From assembly GCA_964576115.1 (NCBI GenBank), contig CAZNUA010000019.1, positions 1 through 63,550 on the forward strand: a stretch of DNA of 63,550 bases, written 5' to 3'. Below, one piece after another: positions 18,561-27,113 of the stretch (its first letter is position 1; each line of letters begins with the position of its first letter). A model generated the notes under the pieces. That model worked only from the letters and a program-made list of their open reading frames with translations, did no database searches and was not told where the DNA came from. This DNA comes from an uncultured Gemmatimonadota bacterium. GTDB lineage: Bacteria; Blakebacterota; Blakebacteria; Blakebacterales; Blakebacteraceae. The position numbers and the translations under genes were made by a program.

Positions 18561-19786
18561 TACCCCGCTCCCCCCGCAGAGGACGTCTCCATGAGCTCTT
18601 CAGCCAGTTCGGCGGTGCGGGCGGCCGCTCCCGGGGGACCGAGCCGTTCGGCCAGGCGTTCGAGCCCGGCCGTGACCTCGTCGCGTGCGCTCCCCTCGGC
18701 CAGCAGCGGTTCGAGGTGTGCCGCGACGACCTGACCGGTAACCCGGTCCTGGAGCAGTTCGGGGACCAGCCGGCGGCCGAGAACGAGGTTGACCAGCCCG
18801 ATGTGCGGCACCCGCACGCGACGCCGCCCGATCCACCACGAGAGAGGATTGAGACGGTAGACAATAACCATCGGGCAGCCCAGAAGACCGGCTTCGAGAG
18901 TAGCGGTTCCCGAGGCCACGACGGCTCCCCGGGCCGCGGCCAGAACGTCGGCGGTGCGATTGCGGACCAGATGGATACCGTCGGCGGCGGTGAAGCCTCC
19001 CGGTGACGGCACCGCCGGAGCGAGAGCGAGCGGACCGGCGGCGAGCTGTTCGGCGTAGATCTCCCGCTCCACTCCCGGTGCGGCGCAGATGACCGGGATC
19101 AGCTCGGGCCTCTCACGGCGCAGCTCGGCCACGGCACAGGCCATGGCGGGCAGTAGACGGCTGATCTCCTGCCGACGGCTGCCTGGCAGGAGCGCAACCA
19201 GGGGGGCTTCGGCGGGCAGGAGCATCTCGCGACGCAGAGTCGCGGCACCGACCCGCGGGAGGGCGGCATCGAGCAAGGGGTGTCCGACAAAGACGGCCCG
19301 GGGCTCGACTCCGTACTCATCCCCGGTGCGGGCGTAGAAGTCCGGCTCGAAAGGCAGCACACAGGCAATCAGATCGGTTACCCGGGCCAGGTCGACGACG
19401 CGCTCTTCGTGCCAGGCCCAGACCTGGGGTGAGACGTAGTAGAGAACCGGCAGATCGAGTTCGCGGGCGAAGCTCGCCAGGCGCAGGTTGAAGGCGGGGT
19501 AATCCACCAGCACCAGCAGATCGGGGCGCTCGGTGAGCAGGTGCCGTTTCATGTCGCGCAGAACCCGGCGCAGATAGGGCAGGTGACGCACCACTTCGGC
19601 GAAGCCCATGAAAGCCAGCTCGTCGCTGTGATGCAGTAACCGCACCCCGGCTTCCTGCAGAGCTGCTCCCCCGATACCGCTCCACCGTACGCCCGGCCGG
19701 CGCCGGGTCAGTTCGGTCACCAGTCCGGCTCCGTGCCGGTCGCCCGAGGCTTCTCCGGCGACAATGACGGCGTGCTCCGACCCCAT
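18560..19786 (-). CDS. lpxB: Lipid-A-disaccharide synthase
   Basis: 'AGEASGD', 'DYPAFN', 'SPQVWAW', 'GHPL', 'LPGSRRQE', 'SGTATLE'. Confidence 0.95.
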   Translation of the reverse strand: MGSEHAVIVAGEASGDRHGAGLVTELTRRRPGVRWSGIGGAALQEAGVRLLHHSDELAFMGFAEVVRHLPYLRRVLRDMKRHLLTERPDLLVLVDYPAFNLRLASFARELDLPVLYYVSPQVWAWHEERVVDLARVTDLIACVLPFEPDFYARTGDEYGVEPRAVFVGHPLLDAALPRVGAATLRREMLLPAEAPLVALLPGSRRQEISRLLPAMACAVAELRRERPELIPVICAAPGVEREIYAEQLAAGPLALAPAVPSPGGFTAADGIHLVRNRTADVLAAARGAVVASGTATLEAGLLGCPMVIVYRLNPLSWWIGRRRVRVPHIGLVNLVLGRRLVPELLQDRVTGQVVAAHLEPLLAEGSARDEVTAGLERLAERLGPPGAAARTAELAEELMETSSAGGAG

Positions 19787-19787
19787 T

Positions 19788-20810
19788 TCAGCCGGCTTCG
19801 ATCAGGCGGGTGATCTCTTCGGCGAGCTCGAGAGCGGCGACCGCCTCGGCCGCACTCACCCCGGCCGGTCCCGTCGACCCGGCGCCGTCGCGCCGGGCCA
19901 GAACGGCACGCAGAAAAGCATCGATCTCGACCGCCAGAGCATCCCGCCCGCCCCGCTCCTCTGCCCGGGTGATGGTGCGGTCCTCGAGGGTGAGAACGGG
20001 ATCCTCGCCGGGGCCGGGGGGCTCGTCAGCCGGGCGCAGCCGGATCGTTTCGCGCACGCCGCTCTGCAGATCGAGGGAAAGATAAGTCCGGGGCTGGAAG
20101 ATGCGCAGTTTGCGCATCGCGCCGAGCGATATCCGGCTGGCCGTGACGTTCGCCACGCAGCCGCCGGGAAAGGTCAGGCGGGCGTTGGCGATGTCTGGCC
20201 CGGGAGTGATGACTCCCACCCCCGAGGCGGCGATGTCGGCCGGGGACTCCCCCACCAGGTGGAGGATCAGATCCAGGTCGTGCACCATGAGATCGAGAAC
20301 CACCCCGACATCGGTACCGCGCGGATTCCAGGGCGCCAGTCGGTGGGTCTCGATGAATCCGGGGGCCAGGTCGGCGGTTTCGAGCCCCTCGAGCGCCGGA
20401 TTGAAGCGTTCGACGTGTCCGACCTGCAGAATCCGTTCGGCGGCCGTGGCCAGTTCGGCCAGCCGGTGCGCCCCGGCGGCGGTGTCGGCCAGCGGCTTCT
20501 CGACCAGCAGGTCGCATCCGGCCTCGAGAGCGGTGCGGGCCACGTCGACGTGGTCGGCGGTCGGGACCGCGACCGAAACCGCTTCGCTCGCGGCCAGGCA
20601 CGCCTCGAGCGTGTCCGCCTCGGTGACCGGCACCGCGGTGGTTCCAGCCCGTTCCCGGGCCCGGGCCCGGGCAGCGGGATCGCGGTCGTAGAGACAGATC
20701 CCCTCGACCGCCGGATGTTCGAGGTACTTGTCTAGATGGTAGGAGCCCAGGTGCCCGAGGCCGACCACACCGATCCCGAGCCGTCCGGAACGGTGCGGTT
20801 CGGAACTCAC
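19788..20810 (-). CDS. Gfo/Idh/MocA NAD-dependent oxidoreductase (GnnA-like)
   Basis: 'GVVGLGHLG', 'LVEKP', 'QVGHVERFNPA', 'DLMVHDLD', 'ASRIS'; sits between lpxA and lpxB. Confidence 0.85.
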   Translation of the reverse strand: MSSEPHRSGRLGIGVVGLGHLGSYHLDKYLEHPAVEGICLYDRDPAARARARERAGTTAVPVTEADTLEACLAASEAVSVAVPTADHVDVARTALEAGCDLLVEKPLADTAAGAHRLAELATAAERILQVGHVERFNPALEGLETADLAPGFIETHRLAPWNPRGTDVGVVLDLMVHDLDLILHLVGESPADIAASGVGVITPGPDIANARLTFPGGCVANVTASRISLGAMRKLRIFQPRTYLSLDLQSGVRETIRLRPADEPPGPGEDPVLTLEDRTITRAEERGGRDALAVEIDAFLRAVLARRDGAGSTGPAGVSAAEAVAALELAEEITRLIEAG

Positions 20811-21589
20811 CCGATGATCCCCCGTTCCGAGTTCTCGATGAAGTCCAGCAGGTGACGCACTTCGGGCAGATCGGGCAGCTCGTCCCGCACCCGGGCGATC
20901 CCGTCGGAAAAGCGCAGGCCCGAACGGAAGAGAAGGCGGTAGGCGCGCTTGAGGACGGTGATGGTTTCTGCCTCGAATCCCCGCCGGCTGAGACCGATGC
21001 TATTGATGCTGCGGGGCTTGAGCGGCTCGCCGGCGGCCAGGATGTAGGGAGGCACGTCCTGTACGATCCGGAAGCCTCCGCCGATCATGGCGTGGTCGCC
21101 GATGTGCACGAACTGATGGACCGGAGTGCTGCCGCCGATAATCACCCAGTCGCCCATGATGACGTGGCCGCCGATCTGCACGGAATTGGCGATCACGCAG
21201 TGGTCTCCCAGAACGCAGTCGTGGGCGACGTGGACGTAATCCATGAGCAGGCAGTCGGCCCCGACGACCGTCTTCCAGCTTGACGCCGAACCGCGGTGCA
21301 GGGTGCAGAACTCGCGAATGACGGTCCGTGGTCCCACTTCGAGAGTGGTATCCTCGCCGGCGTACTTCAGGTCCTGGCAGATATTCCCCACTGCCGCGCC
21401 GGTGAAGACTTCGACCTCCTCGGCCAGGGTGGTCCGCCGGGCGATATGCGCGTGCGGTCCGATCCTGACCCGGTCGCCCAGCACGGTCTCGGCCTCGATG
21501 ACGGCGAAGGGACCGATCGTCACACCGGCGCCGAGCTCGGCGCCTTCATCCACCACGGCGGTGGGATGAATCACGGTCGCCTCGCTCAT
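20807..21589 (-). CDS. lpxA: UDP-N-acetylglucosamine acyltransferase
   Basis: 'IHPTAVV', hexapeptide repeats, 'QDLKY', 'HVAHDC', 'VHQF', 'QDVPPY', 'SERG'. Confidence 0.96.
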   Translation of the reverse strand: MSEATVIHPTAVVDEGAELGAGVTIGPFAVIEAETVLGDRVRIGPHAHIARRTTLAEEVEVFTGAAVGNICQDLKYAGEDTTLEVGPRTVIREFCTLHRGSASSWKTVVGADCLLMDYVHVAHDCVLGDHCVIANSVQIGGHVIMGDWVIIGGSTPVHQFVHIGDHAMIGGGFRIVQDVPPYILAAGEPLKPRSINSIGLSRRGFEAETITVLKRAYRLLFRSGLRFSDGIARVRDELPDLPEVRHLLDFIENSERGIIG

Positions 21590-23010
21590 GCCGGTTCTTC
21601 GTCCGCGTCGGGTCGTGGCTGGATGGTGGCCATGAACTCCCCTTCGGCGGCCAGCTGGCCGTCGACATAGGCCCGGCCCAGCAGTTTGACGGTCCGCGAT
21701 TTGATGCGCAGCACTTCGGCTTCGAGACGGAGCTGATCCCCGGGCATCACCGGCCGGCGGAAGCGCACCTTGTCGATGCCCATGAACAGAACCAGGACCT
21801 CTTCGGGATTGGGGATCTCCTGCAACAGCAGGATCCCCCCCGCCTGGGCCATGGCTTCAACGATCAGCACGCCCGGCATGACCGGCGCCTCGGGAAAGTG
21901 GCCGGTGAAGAAAGGCTCGTTGATGGTCACGTTCTTGAGACCCACCACCCTCTCGCGCGGCACCAGTTCGACGATGCGGTCGACCAGCAGGAAGGGATAG
22001 CGGTGGGGCAGGATGCGGTTGATGGCGTTGATATCGAGCAGGCCCCGGGTGGAGGGGCCCACCTGGTACTTGAGCTCGATCTCCTTGCGCTCCTGGAACT
22101 GCCGCAGCTTGCGAACCACCTCGACGTTGGCCGCGTGTCCCGATCGGCCGGCCAGGACGTGGGCCTTCAGGGGCATGCCGAGCAGGGCGAAGTCCCCGAT
22201 CAGGTCGAGAGCCTTGTGACGGACCGGTTCGTTGTAGTATCGCAGGTCACCGCCGACGATGACCTCTCCCATCCGGCGGGGAGCATCGGCGGGAATGTCG
22301 AAGGTGTTCTGGAGGGTGGCGAATTCCTCATCCTCGATGTCGTGGTCGATGATGACCACGGCGTTGTCGATCGCACCTCCCTTGATCAATCCCCGCTCGG
22401 CCAGTTCCTCGACTTCGCTCAGAAAGCAGAAGGTCCGCGCCGAGGCGTACTCGGTGGCGAACTCCTCTTCCAGATCGTAGAGGGTTGTGTACTGGGTGCC
22501 GAGGGCGGGGTTCGGGTAATCGACCAGGAAAGTGATCCGGAAGCGGTCGGAGGGAATGACGTTGAGGTCCACCCGCCGCTCGGGTTCGGAGTAGATGATC
22601 GTCTCGTCCACCTCGAGGTAGCGCCGGGGGGCTTCCTGTTCCTTCTTGCCCGCCTCCTGCAGGACTTCGACGAAGGGCATCGAGGAACCGTCGATGACGG
22701 GGGGTTCGGGGCCCTCCAGCTCGACGTAGCAGTTGTCGATGCACAGCCCGGCCAGGGCGGCCAGCACGTGCTCGACGGTATGCACCTGGGCGCCGTTGGC
22801 GCCGATGGTTGTGCCCCGGTCGATATCGATGACGTTGTCGATATCGGCCTTGATCTCCGGTTTCCCCTCCAGGTCGGAGCGGATGAAGATGATGCCGACA
22901 TCGGGGGGTGCGGGCCGGAAAGTCACGCTGGCCTTCTCCCCGGTATGGAGTCCGATGCCGGTCAGGGTCGCAGGTTTGGCGACCGTGGCCTGAAGTGCTT
23001 GCAGGGTCAT
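21586..23010 (-). CDS. lpxC: Bifunctional LpxC deacetylase / FabZ 3-hydroxyacyl-ACP dehydratase fusion
   Basis: LpxC 'GIGLHTG', 'TVEHVLAAL', '[10 protein letters not shown]', 'SGHAAN' followed in frame by FabZ '[11 protein letters not shown]', '[20 protein letters not shown]'. Confidence 0.96.
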   Translation of the reverse strand: MTLQALQATVAKPATLTGIGLHTGEKASVTFRPAPPDVGIIFIRSDLEGKPEIKADIDNVIDIDRGTTIGANGAQVHTVEHVLAALAGLCIDNCYVELEGPEPPVIDGSSMPFVEVLQEAGKKEQEAPRRYLEVDETIIYSEPERRVDLNVIPSDRFRITFLVDYPNPALGTQYTTLYDLEEEFATEYASARTFCFLSEVEELAERGLIKGGAIDNAVVIIDHDIEDEEFATLQNTFDIPADAPRRMGEVIVGGDLRYYNEPVRHKALDLIGDFALLGMPLKAHVLAGRSGHAANVEVVRKLRQFQERKEIELKYQVGPSTRGLLDINAINRILPHRYPFLLVDRIVELVPRERVVGLKNVTINEPFFTGHFPEAPVMPGVLIVEAMAQAGGILLLQEIPNPEEVLVLFMGIDKVRFRRPVMPGDQLRLEAEVLRIKSRTVKLLGRAYVDGQLAAEGEFMATIQPRPDADEEPA

Positions 23011-23053
23011 TGGTACTCCCCGTTCGGTGCCTGAAGGCGGCGGTTGCCGGCGT

Positions 23054-24079
23054 TTACTCGGGCCGGTCTTCCAGATCGGCCAGGCGCCGTTCCAGATCCC
23101 GGATCCGGCGGCGCAGTTCGGGCAGGCGGTTCAGGGCGGCCAGCATCCCGAAGGCCTCCCGGTGCGGGCGGGCGGGGTAGCCGAAGACATAGGTGCCCGC
23201 CGGAACATCTTTGTCAACGCCCGATTGGGCCCCGATCACAGCCCCGTCGTGCACGGTGATGTGACCCGAAAAACCCGCCTGGCCGCCGACCTGCACACCC
23301 GAACCGATCGTTGTGGAACCCGCCAGCCCGGCCTGGGCGGCCAGGGCCGTATCCGGTCCGATGGTACAATTGTGGGCGACCATGACAAGATTATCAATTT
23401 TGGTCCCCCGACCTATACGGGTTTCACCGAAGGTGGCCCGGTCGATGGTGGAGCCGGCCCCGACCAGGACGTCGTCCTCGAGCACGGCGATCCCGCGGTG
23501 AGGGATCTTCTTCCAGACACCGTCGATGCGGGCGTGACCGAAACCGTCGGAGCCCACCACGGCGTTGGCGAGCAGTTCGACCCGGTCGCCGAGCCGGCAG
23601 CGGCGATAGACGACCGACCCCGGGTGCAGCCGGCACTCGGAGCCGAGCACGGCGTCGTGACCGATGAAAACCCGGGCACCGATGATCGAACCGGTGCCGA
23701 TCACGACCCCTTTCTCGATGACGGTCAGGGGGCCAACCGCGACCCCTTCCCCCAGTTCGGCGCCGGGGTCGACCACGGCCAGGGGGTGCACTCCTGGTGG
23801 CGGCGTTTCTTCGGGCGGGTAGAGGGCATCGAGAACGATCGCCAGGGCGGCATAGGGATCGGCGACGCGGATCAGGGGGCGATTGCAGTCGGCAGTGAGG
23901 TCTTCGGCAACCAGGACCGCTCCGGCGGAGGTCGTGGTCAGCCGGTCGGCATAGCGGGCTGAATGCAGAAAGGACAGATCGCCGGGGCCCGCCCCCTCGA
24001 GGGGCGCGACGGCCTCCAGTTCGGCATCCTCACCCTCCAGCCGCCCGCCCACCAGGCGGGCGAGTTCGCTGGCGAGCAT
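23054..24079 (-). CDS. lpxD: UDP-3-O-acylglucosamine N-acyltransferase
   Basis: 'GSDGFG', 'IDRATFGET', '[12 protein letters not shown]', 'GGQAG', 'GYPA'. Confidence 0.95.
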   Translation of the reverse strand: MLASELARLVGGRLEGEDAELEAVAPLEGAGPGDLSFLHSARYADRLTTTSAGAVLVAEDLTADCNRPLIRVADPYAALAIVLDALYPPEETPPPGVHPLAVVDPGAELGEGVAVGPLTVIEKGVVIGTGSIIGARVFIGHDAVLGSECRLHPGSVVYRRCRLGDRVELLANAVVGSDGFGHARIDGVWKKIPHRGIAVLEDDVLVGAGSTIDRATFGETRIGRGTKIDNLVMVAHNCTIGPDTALAAQAGLAGSTTIGSGVQVGGQAGFSGHITVHDGAVIGAQSGVDKDVPAGTYVFGYPARPHREAFGMLAALNRLPELRRRIRDLERRLADLEDRPE

Positions 24080-24085
24080 CCGGAC

Positions 24086-24646
24086 TTACCGCCGGGCGGG
24101 GCTGTCGTCCCCCGCGTTCATCAGTTCGATGACCCGGGGCGTCAGGTCGTGGACCGGACTGGCGTAAACGATTCCGCCAGAGGCGGCATCGAAAATGTAA
24201 TCCCAGCCCTCGTCGGTGCCGACCTCTTCGAGAACCTCGTTGACGCGGGCGATGATCGGCGCCATCAGCTCCTGGTTGCGCTGATAGGCCTGCCCTTCCT
24301 GGCCCCAGATCCGGTCGATGAACTGTTGATACTCGGTGTACTTCTGCTGCAGCTGGGCGGTGAGCTGGGTCCGCCGTTCCTGGCTCATGGCCATGCTCTG
24401 CCGCTCGAGCTCGTTGTTGAGCTGTTCGACCTCTGACTGCAGAGCCGTCGCCTGGCGCTCCCAGACCTGATTCTCGGTATTGAAGGTTGCCTGGGCTTCC
24501 TGGGTGCCGGGATAGGCACCGATCACCGCCTGGGAGTCGATGAACCCGAGCCTCGGCCCTTCGTCCTGCGGGAGCAGAGTCGCTCCGGCCAGAAGGGCGA
24601 AGAGAAAACCCCCGAAAACGCCCGCTGTGACTGACTTGTGCATCAT
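24086..24646 (-). CDS. skp: OmpH/Skp periplasmic chaperone
   Basis: GAGGAGG RBS, signal peptide, 'LGFIDSQ', coiled coil, 'WDYIFD...IVYA...DLT'; lies between bamA and lpxD. Confidence 0.9.
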   Translation of the reverse strand: MMHKSVTAGVFGGFLFALLAGATLLPQDEGPRLGFIDSQAVIGAYPGTQEAQATFNTENQVWERQATALQSEVEQLNNELERQSMAMSQERRTQLTAQLQQKYTEYQQFIDRIWGQEGQAYQRNQELMAPIIARVNEVLEEVGTDEGWDYIFDAASGGIVYASPVHDLTPRVIELMNAGDDSPARR

Positions 24647-24704
24647 CTGCCTCCTCGTCGGACGGCACTGTCGGCTTCCGGCTTTGCATCCGGGCCGAGG
24701 TCCG

Positions 24705-27113
24705 CTAGTAGAACTGGGCTCCGAACTGGAAGTGCGGGATCCACCGGCCCTTGCGCCGCCCGTTCTCAAAGTGATCGAAGCCGTAGGCGAAGTCAAATCC
24801 GATGAGGCCCACCATGGGGGTGAACATCCGCAGGCCGAAGCCGACCGAACGGCGCAGATCGAAGGGGTCGGTATCGTTCAGATCGAGCCAGGCGTTCCCC
24901 GCATCGGCGAAGACCAGGCCGTAGATCATCTGCTCGGGAGCCAGGGGGAAAGTGTACTCCATGGTGAAGATCAGCAGGGACTGCCCGCCGATCTCCAGCC
25001 CGTCCTGATCGAGCGGACCCACCCGGCGGTTCTCGTAGCCCCTGATCTGGCCGTCGAAACTGGTTCCGCCGGGCAGGTATTTCTCGTTGAAGGGAATGAA
25101 ACCGCCCTGCCCGTAGCCCCGGTACGGCTCGACCAGCCCGGCCCGGAGCTTCAAAGCCATGATTACATTGGCCCAGGTCGGGAAGTAAAAAGACTGGTTG
25201 AGATCCCATTTCAGGTACTGCTCGTCTCCCCCCAGCGGTCCGCCGGAGATCTCGGTCCGCAGGGTGTTGACCGAGCCCCGGGTGGGGAACTCGGGCCGGT
25301 CGCGGGAATCGCGGTAGATGGTGAAGGACAGGGACGAGTTGCGGATCGGCCAGTCCCACTGGCGCAGGTCGTAGGCCGGGCTGGGATTGTATTTGGGATC
25401 GAAGTCGTAGAAGTTGGTGTCCTCGAGGCGGTAACCGAAGTTGATCCGGAAGTAGTCGTCGGGCCAGCGCAGGCGTCGTCCCAGCTGGGCCGTAAAACCC
25501 TCGCGGCGCTGCTTGTAGTAGATGTTGTAGAAGTACTCGCTACGATAGACGCTGGCGCCCACCAGGGTGGGCGTGTTGAAGAGCCACGGTTCGGTGAAGC
25601 CGACCAGGATGGTGCGCCGGATCCGCCCGAAGTCCCAGTTGAACTGCAGCTCCTGGCCGTTCCCGAAGAGATTGGGCAGTTGCAGCCCGATGTTGCCCAC
25701 GATGCCGTCCCGCTCGCTGTAGCCCGCGCCCATGATGGCCTGTCCCGTGGGACGTTCGGCGACCTTGATGGTCACGTCGAGGTTCCCCTCGGCGTTGGGC
25801 TGGGGGGGTGGATCGAGCTCGACGTTGGAGAAATAGTTCAGCGCCATGACCTCGCGCATCGAGCGCTGGAAAAGGGAACTGGAGAAACGGTTACCCGGTT
25901 TGAGGAGCACCTCGCGCCGGATCACGTGTTCCTTGGTGCGGGTGTTGCCGGTGATGAAGATGTGGGCCACGTTGGCCGGCTCGCCCTCGGTGAAATACGC
26001 GGTGATGTTGACGATCCGGTTATCGGGTCCGGTATAGCTCGGGATGGGGTTGTAATTGGCGTAGACGTAGCCCTCTTCCATGTAGAGGGTCTGGATATTT
26101 ATCAGGCTCTGGACGATCTCGGTTTCGTTGTATGGTCCCCCCTCGGTGACCGTGATGGCGTTCTCGAGATCACGCTCGTCGAAGAACTCGTATCCCTTCT
26201 CGATGCCCTCGATCGTGAAGGTGCCCAGGGTGTACTGCTCCCCCTCATCAACCGTGAAGTAGAGAGTCATGTTGCGGCCGCTCTCGTCATACCCCAGGCT
26301 GTCGGTCACGACCCGGGCGTCGAGGTGGCCCGCTTCGGCATAGCGGTCGGCGATGTTGTCTTTGTCCTCTTCGATGGTCCGCTGGTTGTATTCCCCGCGG
26401 CTGAAGAAGAGAAAACCGGTCCCGGTTGTCATGGCGGCCCGGATCTGACGGTCGCTCAGAATCTCGTTGCCGTAGACCTCGATCGCCCTGATACCCACCT
26501 TGGGCCCCTCGTCGACCCGCACGATCAGGTTCGAGGCGGTGGAATCGCCGGCGACATCGAGCGTCTCGAACTCCACCTCGGCCCGCAAGTAGCCCTCGTT
26601 GCGGTACTTGCCCAGGATCCGCTCCCGGGCCAGCGAGATGTTGTCGGGTCCCAGCCACATGCTCTCGTTGATGCGGCCGGCATTCATCAGATCGGTCCGC
26701 TTCAGCTTGTCGTTGCCGCGGAAGGTGACCGTGCCCAGGCGGGGTTTCTCTTCCACCTCGATGATCACGACTATCCGGTCGGGTCCGAGCTCCTCGCCCC
26801 AGATCCGGATGTCGGAGAAGGCATCGATCAGCCAGAGCTGGCTGATCGCCCGGCTGATGACCTCGCCGAACTCGGTCGAGAGGTAGCTCTGACCCTCCAC
26901 GATCGCCGAGCTGAGCGTGATCAGTTCGTCCTGCACGGCGACGTTGCCCTCGACCCTGAGCTCGGACACCGTGACCGTCTGTGGCGATCCCACCCCCTGG
27001 GCGAAGATCGGACGGGCCCGGGGGGTAAAGAGAACCGCGGCCAGGGCCGTTACGATTATCAGGGCGGATCGGGGACCGATCCGGTACGATATGCGTTCAA
27101 TGGAGTTCTTCAT
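24705..27113 (-). CDS. bamA: Outer membrane protein assembly factor BamA
   Basis: POTRA repeats, 'GNTRTKEHVIRRE', 'FTEPW', 'IRGY', C-terminal 'FQFGAQFY'. Confidence 0.95.
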   Translation of the reverse strand: MKNSIERISYRIGPRSALIIVTALAAVLFTPRARPIFAQGVGSPQTVTVSELRVEGNVAVQDELITLSSAIVEGQSYLSTEFGEVISRAISQLWLIDAFSDIRIWGEELGPDRIVVIIEVEEKPRLGTVTFRGNDKLKRTDLMNAGRINESMWLGPDNISLARERILGKYRNEGYLRAEVEFETLDVAGDSTASNLIVRVDEGPKVGIRAIEVYGNEILSDRQIRAAMTTGTGFLFFSRGEYNQRTIEEDKDNIADRYAEAGHLDARVVTDSLGYDESGRNMTLYFTVDEGEQYTLGTFTIEGIEKGYEFFDERDLENAITVTEGGPYNETEIVQSLINIQTLYMEEGYVYANYNPIPSYTGPDNRIVNITAYFTEGEPANVAHIFITGNTRTKEHVIRREVLLKPGNRFSSSLFQRSMREVMALNYFSNVELDPPPQPNAEGNLDVTIKVAERPTGQAIMGAGYSERDGIVGNIGLQLPNLFGNGQELQFNWDFGRIRRTILVGFTEPWLFNTPTLVGASVYRSEYFYNIYYKQRREGFTAQLGRRLRWPDDYFRINFGYRLEDTNFYDFDPKYNPSPAYDLRQWDWPIRNSSLSFTIYRDSRDRPEFPTRGSVNTLRTEISGGPLGGDEQYLKWDLNQSFYFPTWANVIMALKLRAGLVEPYRGYGQGGFIPFNEKYLPGGTSFDGQIRGYENRRVGPLDQDGLEIGGQSLLIFTMEYTFPLAPEQMIYGLVFADAGNAWLDLNDTDPFDLRRSVGFGLRMFTPMVGLIGFDFAYGFDHFENGRRKGRWIPHFQFGAQFY

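Noticed and set aside
21586-23010. LpxC-FabZ fusion as a novelty
   Set aside because: A well-known fusion in Bacteroidota and related FCB phyla; used only as a taxonomic clue.
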